A stretch of 64,000 nt of DNA from Verrucomicrobiota bacterium (GTDB lineage: Bacteria; Verrucomicrobiota; Verrucomicrobiia; Opitutales; Coraliomargaritaceae): contig JAAAPI010000101.1 of assembly GCA_009908325.1 (NCBI GenBank), forward strand, positions 17,117 through 81,116, given 5' to 3'. The notes below the pieces were generated by a model. It saw nothing but the letters and a program-made list of their open reading frames with translations, had not been told where the DNA came from and searched no databases. Within the stretch, counting starts at the first letter, position 1, and each line of letters begins with the position of its first letter. Both the position numbers and the translations under genes were made by a program. This document shows positions 21,851-30,113 of the stretch, piece after piece.

Positions 21851-24800
21851 GTGAACAAAGACGTAGCGACATTTATCGAAAAATGGGGGCAAACCGGCGT
21901 TTCCGAGCGTGCCAACTTTCAGCCTTTTTGCGGCGGTCTTTGCGATCTGCTTGGGCTGCCTCGCCCGGACGGGCAAAAGCCCAACGAGTCCGAAAATGCC
22001 TACGTCTTTGAGAAAAATGTGCCGCTCCACCAACCCGGGGGCGGCACCACCACCGGACGGATCGATCTCTACAAACGGGACCACTTCGTCATGGAGGGCA
22101 AGCAGGGAGCCGACGAAGGTGCCGTGCGCAAAGGCCATGGCACCCGGGGCAGCGTCGGCTGGGATAAGGCTCTGGTCCGTGCCAAGAAACAGGCGGAAAA
22201 CTATATCCACGCGCTCCCGGCCTCAGAGGGGCGACCGCCCTTCCTTATCGTCGTCGATGTCGGTCACTCGATTGAGCTCTACTCCGAGTTCTCCTGCACG
22301 GGCGGCATCTACGTGCCGTATCCCGACCCACGCAGCCACCGTATCTATCTGCGTGATCTCGAAAAAGAGTCCGTCCGCGAGACGCTCCGCACCATCTGGA
22401 CGGACCCGCTCAGCCTCGATCCGGCCCGCCGCTCGGCTCGCGTCACCCGTGAGATCGCCGATAAGCTGGCCAGGCTTGCCAAGTCACTCGAAGCCTCCGG
22501 CCACGCACCCGCTGCCAGCGGCGGCTTCCTCATGCGCTGCATCTTCACCATGTTCGCCGAAGATGTGAAGCTGATCCCCCACGGCAGCTTCGAGGCCCTC
22601 CTCCGCTCCATCCGCGACCAGCCCGCCCAGTTCGTGCCTCTTGTCAAATCCGTCTGGGACAGCATGAACAACGGTGGCTTCTGCGTGGCCCTGCGCGATA
22701 CCTTGCTCAAGTTCAACGGCGGGCTCTTCGAAGAGCGCAATCCGCTCCCCGTGACCAGCGAGCAGATCGACCTGCTGATCGAAGCCGCCCACGCCGACTG
22801 GCGCGAGGTGGAGCCTGCTATCTTCGGCACTCTGCTGGAGCGTGCGCTCGACCCGCGCGAGCGCAACAAGCTGGGAGCGCATTACACCCCGCGCGACTAC
22901 GTCGAGCGCCTCGTCATGCCCACCGTGATCGAGCCCCTGCGCGAGCAATGGGATAATGTGCAGGCCGCCGTGGCCCGCCACTTGCAGGACGACAACGAGA
23001 AGCGCGGCCAGCGCGAGGCTATCAAAGAACTGCAAACCTTCCTCGACCACCTCTGCACCCTCAAGATCCTCGATCCCGCCTGCGGTTCGGGCAATTTCCT
23101 CTACGTCACCATGGAGCACATGAAGCGGCTCGAAGGCGAAGTGCTCGACCTCCTGCTTGCCCTCGGGCAGGAGCGCCTCGAACTGGAGGGCCACAGCGTG
23201 CATCCCAGCCAGTTCCTTGGCATCGAGCTCAACCCCCGCGCTGCCGTGCTCGCCGAACTCTGCCTCTGGATCGGCTACCTCCAGTGGCACTTTCGCACCC
23301 GCGGTGCGGTCAACCCGCCCGAGCCCGTTATTTCCAAGTTCCACACCATCGAGTGCCGCGACGCGGTGCTCGCCTACGACGCCGCCGAGCCAATTATCGT
23401 GGCAGCGGCTTCCAGCCGCTCAACAGATGCCAAAGCTGCCGTGGCAGCGGCTTCGACACGACTGAGCTCGTCGCAGGCCAGCCGCTCCGAACTGCGCGAA
23501 TCCACCGAGCGGCAGGATGCCGCTCCTACTTCCGACTATTCCTTCTTTAATCCCTACAAAAAGATCGAAATCACGAAAGCGCATCTGCCCCATTGGCGGC
23601 AAGAAGGTGTCACTTACTTTATAACATTTCGCCTGGCAGATTCCCTTCCCAAGGCAAAGCTCGAGCAGTGGAAAACAGAACGGGAGGCCTGGCTTACACA
23701 AAACCCGCCACCGCACGATGAAGCGCAAAAAAGCGAATACTTTGAGCGCTTTTCGGCACGCATGGAAGCCTTGGCTGGATGCGGGTCATGGAGACTGCAT
23801 TCTCGCCGAAAAGTCTTGCGCCAGTATTGTCGACAACGCACTGAAATATTTCGACGGTGAGCGGTATAACTTGGGTGCATACGTGGTCGCATCCAATCAT
23901 GTCCACGTCCTCGTCACTCCTCTAGGAGATCATGCGCTCTCCGAGATTATCCATAGCTGGAAATCCTACACTGCCAATGAACTCAACAAGCACTTGGGGC
24001 GCTCTGGTCAGATTTGGCAAAAAGAATACTACGATCATATTCTCCGCTCAGCCAATGCCGCGTATCGGATTGCGCAATACATACTGCAACATTCCGCAGC
24101 AAAAAATCGGCTGGAAGCCGCTTCCACCGTGGCAGCGGCTTCCAGCCGCTCCGAATCGCCAAAGTCGCCAGAATCGCCAGAGTCACCCGAGCGGCAGGAT
24201 GCCGCTCCCACTTACCTCACCCGCTGGGATGGCCATACCTTTAAAAAGCACCCCGTCACCGGCGAGGACGTGCCCGATGAGTCTGTCACGATTCCGGTTT
24301 ACCAATACACGAATCCCCGCCCCGCTACCTGGCCACAGGCTGACTACATCGTGGGCAATCCGCCCTTCATCGGCACGGCCCGCATGCGCGACGCCCTCGG
24401 CGACGGCTATACCGAAACCTTGCGCAAGACCTACAGCGAGCTGCCCGAGTCCATTGATCTCGTCATGTTCTGGTGGCACAAAGCCGCCGAACTCGCCCGT
24501 GCAGGAAAGGTCAAACGCTTCGGCCTCATCACCACCAACAGTCTCCGTCAGACTTTTAACCGCCGCGTCCTCCAACGCCACATGCAGGCCAAAGACCCCC
24601 TCAGCCTCCGCTTCGCCGTGGCGGACCACCCGTGGGTGGAAAACGCCGACGGGGCTGCCGTGCGCATCGCCATGACCGTGGCCCAGGCCGGCTCGCACTC
24701 CGGCGAACTCGCTGAAGTCGTCGACGAATACGAAGGCGACGATGGCAGCGTAGGCGTTGCACTAAACGAACGGGTCGGTATTGTCCATGCCGACCTGACG

Positions 24801-26165
24801 ATTGGGGCAGACCTCGGGAGTGCACAACCGATGCTCGCGAACACAGGTGTTAGCTCTCGTGGGCACGAATTAGGAAGCGCTGGTTTCATCGTGAATCAGG
24901 AAGACTTAGACTCTCTCGGTTTTAAAAACCGGCCTGACATCGAAAAATATTTGCGCGAATACCGAAACGGAAAAGACCTCGCTCAAAGGCCCCGCAACGT
25001 ATGGGTAATCGACCTATTTGGTATGACTGCAGAACAAACACGAGAACTTTATCCTGAACTATACCAACGTTTACATGATAGAGTTAAAGCAGATCGGGCA
25101 CAAAATCGCGATAAACGATTACGAGAGCAATGGTGGCTGCATCGGCGCTCCAGAGAAGATTGGAGAGATATGCTCAAAGACCTCCCCCGTTACATCGCTA
25201 CCGTCGAAACGTCCAAGCATCGCTTCTTCCAGTTTCTCGACGCCAGCATTTTGCCGGATAATAAACTTGTCGCTATCGCGCACTCGGACGCATGGATGCT
25301 CGGCGTACTTTCCAGCAGAGTTCATGTCGCTTGGGCGATGGCAAACCGTAGCAACTTAGGAGTCGGTAATGATCCCGTTTACGTCAAAACCCGCTGCTTC
25401 GAAACCTTCCCTTTTCCCGAACTCAACGACGCACAAAAGGCCGAGATCGGCAACATCGCCGAGAAGCTCGACGCACACCGCAAACGTCAGCTTGAGGGCC
25501 ACCCCAAACTAACCATGACCGGACTCTACAACGTGCTGGAAAAGGTCCGCTCCGAAGCGACCCTCACCCCCAAAGAAAAAACCATCTACGACGACGGCCT
25601 CGTCGCCGTCCTGCGCGAACTCCACGACGAACTGGATGCCGCCGTGCTTGCCGCCTACGGCTGGGAGGACATTGAGGAAGCTGAAGGATTTATGACCGGC
25701 GGCCACGTTTACGACTTTTCTACGGGCGAAATAGCGATTCTGCACGTCAGCAGCGAAGAGCAGTTTCGCCAAGTGATGGCCGAGCAAAAAAATTGCATCG
25801 AACAGGAACTCCTTACCCGTCTCGTCGAGCTCAACCGACAACGCACCGCCGAAGAAGCCCAGGGCAAAATCCGCTGGCTCCGGCCCGAGTATCAGAAACC
25901 AGAGGACAGAGGCCAGAAGACAGAAACCCAGTCCGAAATCGACACCACCGCTCAGGTCTCAGCCCTCAGCCCTCAGCCCTCAGCCAAACTTGTTTGGCCA
26001 TCCACCGTCGCTGAACAAGCAGCCGCCGTCCGATCCCTCATCCGCCAGACCGGCTGGACCAGCGACCAAGACATCAAGCTCCTCGCCCAACACTTCAAAG
26101 GCGTCCGCGCCCCCAAAGTCCAAGCCATCGCCGACGCGCTGGTCGCGCTGGGGCAGGCGGCGTAG
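21851..26165 (+). CDS. MmeI/YeeA-like (type IIL/IIG) restriction-modification enzyme, interrupted by a REP-RAYT insert and a +1 frameshift near 23771
   Basis: N-terminal SERANFQ..GRIDLYKRD.FVMEGK nuclease-like domain; FNGGLF, IFGTLLERAL, GAHYTP; motif I LDPACGSGNFL; motif IV IVGNPPFIG; TRD-like VLSSRVH..W...CFETFPFP. Split over ORFs 21842-23860 and 23718-26165. Confidence 0.88.
23399..24211 (+). mobile_element. REP-flanked RAYT (Y1 HUH transposase) cassette inserted inside the R-M gene
   Basis: Six REPs (GTRGSAGCGGCWTCCWGCCGCT-like: 23399+, 23441+, 23508-, 24108-, 24129+, 24190-) flank HLPHWRQEGVTYFITFRLADSLP...WLDAGHG...NHVHVLV...HSWKSYTA...WQKEYYDHILR...QYI. Confidence 0.9.
25893..25985. 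repeat. two heptamer tandem arrays in the R-M C-terminal linker (CAGARRN x5; CTCAGCC x5)
   Basis: CAGA recurs at 25893/25900/25907/25914/25921; ctcaggt followed by (ctcagcc)x4 at 25951-25985. Confidence 0.8.
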
Positions 26166-26180
26166 TATATTGATAATTTG

Positions 26181-27221
26181 ATGAACTGGGACATCATTTT
26201 TTTCGTCAAAGGCTGGCCTGAGGATCGAAGATTCCAAGGTCCTTGGATCACCACCTTTAAATGCCCTCTGGATGAAGAAAAGGAATTTATCCATGCGGAA
26301 TGCCTTCCAATGCAGGCGAAACGATTCTTTATGGGCGTTAAACCCGGTGCACTCGCGATAACCTGCGTCCGGGTTGACAATACAGATTCCTATCGCGAAG
26401 CTGTTCTACTTGCCAAAGACACCCTTCGACTTGCATTGGATGGCTTAGCGATAGTCCCATCGGCCACTATGCCTAAAATAGGCCCTCTAATCGGTTACCG
26501 GGAGAGAGGAAGTCGAGATGTTCAATATACCGAGACCATAGCTGAAGGGCTTGTGAATATCACTCCTCGTGATCAAACCAACCGTGAAACTCAGTGGCAT
26601 AAGAGGACTCGGCTAATTTTGAATGAACTTAGCAAGTTCTTGAACCTAAGTTTTAAAGCAAACGAACCAACGCCAGTTCAAGAGCAACTAATATTCTCTG
26701 CTAAAATGTATCGCCTCGGCAATGAATCTGAAGATTTCGGCGTTCAGTTCCTTACTAAGTTTTGCGCGCTGGAAGGACTGCTTGCAGCTGGCCAAGTGAC
26801 ACCGAGGAAAAAGAAATTTTGCAGGCGGAGAATTCGATTTTTGATGGGATGGAATCCGCAATCTGAAGAAGCCCTTAAACTAAAAAAGCTATACCGCGTT
26901 AGAAACGACATCGCTCATGAATCAAAAACAACGGACGCGGCAATCTACATAGATGAGATCGACTTCATCTACTCTGCGGTATTCGTTCAAATACTTAGGC
27001 GACAGGAAAACGCCGATACTTTAGAGCAAGCTTGGGAGAAAATTGATCTTCCAGATGAAATTTTAACAAGACGCCCTCAGGAGTTTGGACGCTTCGCGTT
27101 AACCAGTGGATTATTTGAAACTAAAATGATTTCCAAGAACTTTAGGCAGCAAATCGACGAAATTTTCGAGAGAGTAAACGAGGGTTTAAAATCAAAAATA
27201 GAAAGAGGGTCGAAAGAATGA
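26181..27221 (+). CDS. HEPN-domain protein (ApeA/MAE_28990-like), putative RNase
   Basis: FLTKFCALEGLL helix and RxxxxH motif (YRVRNDIAHE); lower GC; begins 15 bp after the R-M stop. Confidence 0.65.
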   Translation: MNWDIIFFVKGWPEDRRFQGPWITTFKCPLDEEKEFIHAECLPMQAKRFFMGVKPGALAITCVRVDNTDSYREAVLLAKDTLRLALDGLAIVPSATMPKIGPLIGYRERGSRDVQYTETIAEGLVNITPRDQTNRETQWHKRTRLILNELSKFLNLSFKANEPTPVQEQLIFSAKMYRLGNESEDFGVQFLTKFCALEGLLAAGQVTPRKKKFCRRRIRFLMGWNPQSEEALKLKKLYRVRNDIAHESKTTDAAIYIDEIDFIYSAVFVQILRRQENADTLEQAWEKIDLPDEILTRRPQEFGRFALTSGLFETKMISKNFRQQIDEIFERVNEGLKSKIERGSKE

Positions 27222-27361
27222 AGCCGCACGCTCTCACGCTTAAGTGTCGATTGCAGCTGCTTTCAAGTTCGCCATTCTCAAAATAAATGCATGTCGGGTT
27301 CTTTTTGAAAGCGCGTTTGACTTAGTTTAGAAAATTCAGATAGACAATCCGAACCAAGCTC

Positions 27362-28006
27362 ATGCTCGACACCTTCCAAGGCTTTTTACTTTTCATCGTC
27401 TTCTTGGTGCCCGGTTTCATTTTCCGGACCATTGAGGGGCAGTTCGCTTACATCGACAAGCGGCTGGAGTGGGGAAAGTTCGCACTTGGTTTATTGGCCA
27501 GGAGCACGGTTGTTTATTCCATCGCTGCACCATGGATTTATCAGATATGGTCGGAACATACTCTTGAGCCTGACCCGTTGCTACTTGGCTACTTGATTGC
27601 TGCGGTTGCACTTCTCCTTCCGGTCCCCCTCGGCTTTGCGGCTGGCGTTGCACGGCAATTTGAATGGCCTCGACGGATTATTGAAAAGTTCGGTTTGGAA
27701 ACATTTGAAGCACACCGAATACCTACGGCATGGGATCGGGTATTCTCGAAAATTACGAATTCTTGGATCGTCGTCACATTCAATGATGAGACTCAAGTCT
27801 ATGGCTGGTATGGCGACGAATCCTATGTCTCCTCAGATCCCGACGAGCGAGACCTTTTTATCTCCCACGTCGTAAAGGTCTCGGAAAATGGCGAGAAAGA
27901 GTTTGTTGAAAACACAAAAGGAGTCTATATTAATGCGAGAGATATTAGAACGATTGAATTTATCGACCAGCCATCACAAAAAAGCCATGAGCACAGAGAC
28001 GAATAA
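27362..28006 (+). CDS. DUF6338-like membrane protein
   Basis: FLVPGFI, three TM segments, PTAWD..F, W..V...D...YG.....S..S.....DLFI, GVYI....I..IEF pattern recalled for this family. Confidence 0.7.
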   Translation: MLDTFQGFLLFIVFLVPGFIFRTIEGQFAYIDKRLEWGKFALGLLARSTVVYSIAAPWIYQIWSEHTLEPDPLLLGYLIAAVALLLPVPLGFAAGVARQFEWPRRIIEKFGLETFEAHRIPTAWDRVFSKITNSWIVVTFNDETQVYGWYGDESYVSSDPDERDLFISHVVKVSENGEKEFVENTKGVYINARDIRTIEFIDQPSQKSHEHRDE

Positions 28007-28169
28007 CACTTCTGGACCAGCTGCAACACCCGTGCGCAACATGGGAAAATCCGAGCGTAGATACTTAACCGAAGGCTACAGGCCCCGTATCACAACACCG
28101 ACCCCGACAAGCGTGCCGCATAACTTACAGTCGGGCATTCGCTTCCCCTCTTCGAAGAATGGCAAGTAA
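27987..28169 (+). CDS. small (60 aa) Pro/Thr-rich peptide coupled to the DUF6338-like gene
   Basis: ATG overlaps the end of the upstream gene; MSTETNN...LTEGYRPRITTPTPT. Confidence 0.45.
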   Translation: MSTETNNTSGPAATPVRNMGKSERRYLTEGYRPRITTPTPTSVPHNLQSGIRFPSSKNGK

Positions 28170-28554
28170 CTCCAATAGTCGTACGCCTAAAGGCAAGCCT
28201 ACGAATTTTGGCTACACGCCAAAGCAAGAAACTCGTGGATATAGGCCAACCGGCAGCCCTGTGCCTAAATCAGTGCCTCAGAGTATCAAGTCGGGAGTGA
28301 CTCGACCAGCAAGTAAATCGAAATAGGTGCGACACGCCAGCGGTGAAATCCCTGTGCCGCGGAAGTTTCCCAGCACTCAAGATGCACAGTTCAACCGTGC
28401 GACCTGAATCGGCATTGCGGGAACGCTTGCCCATTCGGTCGGCAGCTGAAGCAGGCCGACTACGGAAATTCAGCCCGCCACATCACGAGGCTGAGCCCGC
28501 CAGGCATCGCTCGAGAACCGGCGCCAGGGCGTTCCAGGTTTCAAATTAATCTGA

Positions 28555-28869
28555 TTACACCGCAACCGCCGACGCAGACAGCTCGGCATTGTCCAATTGC
28601 TCGCGCTGAATACCTGTCAAATGCGGCTTGATAGTCTCGAAGATCCGGTTGATCGAAAGCGACTTTAAGCCTATCGCCTCAACCCCGACAGCTTGGCCCT
28701 CCGCATCCATATCGACGGTAACCGTCTCGTGGCCGCGACTGCAATCGAGCGTCCGCACCACGGGCTTGGAAGTGAACTGAACATACACAGCCCGGCAGGA
28801 CGTGTCCACATGGATCGTGATGCTCGTGGGGTCGAATGGAACCGAAAAGGTGTGATCTGCTTTATTCAT
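28555..28869 (-). CDS. DUF2283-like small protein
   Basis: VDTSCRAVYVQF....VVRT......TVDMDAEGQAVGVE pattern; no intact partner seen. Confidence 0.6.
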   Translation of the reverse strand: MNKADHTFSVPFDPTSITIHVDTSCRAVYVQFTSKPVVRTLDCSRGHETVTVDMDAEGQAVGVEAIGLKSLSINRIFETIKPHLTGIQREQLDNAELSASAVAV

Positions 28870-28914
28870 CTTTAAAAATTGCAGGAGTGATCACGACAAA
28901 AAAGCCCTAGAAAA

Positions 28915-29165
28915 CGGTTACGGCCGTAAAGTCGGCGAATCGATACTCGCTGGCAAAACCGTGCTCAAACCTAGCAAAAATAAGCATGACTGGCTGGGGC
29001 ACGGAATTTACTTCTGGGAGATGGATGGCGTCTATCTTTCAAGATCACAATCTGTGATCTTGAAGCGTGTGCATAATGTAAAATTCATGCCGTTTGCTTT
29101 CACCGAGGAGGGCGTAGCCATGCTATTGTCTGTACTGCGTAGCCCAACGGCTGCGGAAGTAGAAC
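28915..29165 (+). pseudogene. chimeric remnant: DWLGHGIYFWE (ART-like/DUF3990-like) fragment fused to an ORF6N-type DNA-binding fragment
   Basis: KVGESILAGKTVLKPSKNKHDWLGHGIYFWE, then RSQSVILK...KFMPFAFTEEGVAMLLSVLRSPTAAEV; both are only fragments. Confidence 0.55.
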
Positions 29166-29185
29166 ATCGCCATAAACAGCTGACG

Positions 29186-29245
29186 GGGGCGCGAGCGAGC
29201 TCGCACACTACGTTTTACGGAGGGTACGTGTCCCCACGCACCGGG
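29186..29245. repeat. REP family E (minus) plus family F (plus), left flank of vapBC
   Basis: GGGGCGCGAGCGAGCTCGCACACTAC, then TTTACGGAGGGTACGTGTCCCCACGCACCGGG. Confidence 0.75.
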
Positions 29246-29276
29246 TTTTTCCCAGCGGGTTACTGTGCGTACCTGC

Positions 29277-29648
29277 CTAGATGAGCTTCAGGCCGTGTTT
29301 CACGAAGGGCTTGAAGTCATCTCTATTGTTGGTGGCCAGGGCGGCGTTTGCGCAGATTGCTGTTGCGGCAATCATGCCGTCGATTTTCAAGCGGCGATTG
29401 CGTCCGGTGAGGGTGAACAACTCGGCAGCTTTTTCGGACTGGGTCTCTCCGAAAGGGATGATCTCTACGAGGAATGCCCGAATCGTCGATACCTGAGCCG
29501 GGTTAACCGGGCCGCAGAGGAACTCATACCATGCGGGCATCGGTGCGACCAGAGCTTCACCCTGGTGATGCCATTCGATGAGCGCGTGTGATTCATCGGA
29601 GCCTTTGATTAAACCGAGAATCAAATAGTTGGTATCGAGGCAGATCAT
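29277..29648 (-). CDS. PIN-domain (VapC) toxin
   Basis: MICLDTNYLI, WYEFLCG, IDGMIAATA, LATNNRDDF. Confidence 0.9.
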   Translation of the reverse strand: MICLDTNYLILGLIKGSDESHALIEWHHQGEALVAPMPAWYEFLCGPVNPAQVSTIRAFLVEIIPFGETQSEKAAELFTLTGRNRRLKIDGMIAATAICANAALATNNRDDFKPFVKHGLKLI

Positions 29649-29905
29649 TTGCCGCGCCATTGTTTGCGGTCTTCCCGCACCTGCCCGAGATATTCGGCGG
29701 CCTCCTCGGCCGCCATACCATGACCGCCCGCGTGCAAGTGCCGTAACATGGCTTCAGGGTCTTTTCGGGCGGAGGTTTCGGCAGATTCCGCCTGTTCCAA
29801 CGAACGGCGGACGACTTCCGCCTGCGAAACATGCCACCTCGCCGACAAGCGTTTCAACCGCTGAGCGCTTGTTTCATCCAGTGCAAAGGTGGTGCGGTGT
29901 GTCAT
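29645..29905 (-). CDS. RHH/CopG-type antitoxin
   Basis: MTHRTTFALDE.....LKRLS..W.VSQAEVVRR; overlaps the PIN start; start could be 29905-29914. Confidence 0.82.
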   Translation of the reverse strand: MTHRTTFALDETSAQRLKRLSARWHVSQAEVVRRSLEQAESAETSARKDPEAMLRHLHAGGHGMAAEEAAEYLGQVREDRKQWRGK

Positions 29906-29955
29906 CATTGCCATACCATAACACATACCACACCATTATAGTTTTCAAGTGCAAA

Positions 29956-30109
29956 TTTACGGAGGTGCGTGTCCCCACGCACCGGGATGTTCCGGTGGGT
30001 TGGGTGGCGCCCGAACTCGAGCTTGCTGTGTTGTTGGCTGACGCTGACGGAGGGTGCGAGCGACCGCCTTCGCTCCGGGAGCTACGTCGGTCAAGAGCTC
30101 GCACGCCAC
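29956..30109. repeat. REPIN (family F plus + family E minus with a nested 33-bp insert), right flank of vapBC
   Basis: TTTACGGAGGTGCGTGTCCCCACGCACCGGG ... GGGTGCGAGCGA[30064-30096]GCTCGCACGCCAC. Confidence 0.75.
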
Positions 30110-30113
30110 GGTT

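Noticed and set aside
23720-23780. Programmed ribosomal frameshift
   Set aside because: The A6 run near 23727 is not in A_AAA_AAG phase and would give -1. Homology places the needed +1 shift about 40 nt downstream, at a site with no slippery motif.
23399-24212. Intein in the R-M gene
   Set aside because: No N-terminal Cys/Ser splice block and no His-Asn followed by Cys/Ser/Thr at the end; the boundaries are REPs and the content is a Y1 HUH domain.
28255-28330. GTGCCTAAATCAGTGCCT, reminiscent of integrase arm-type sites
   Set aside because: No integrase, tRNA or matching att copy found in the window; too weak to call.
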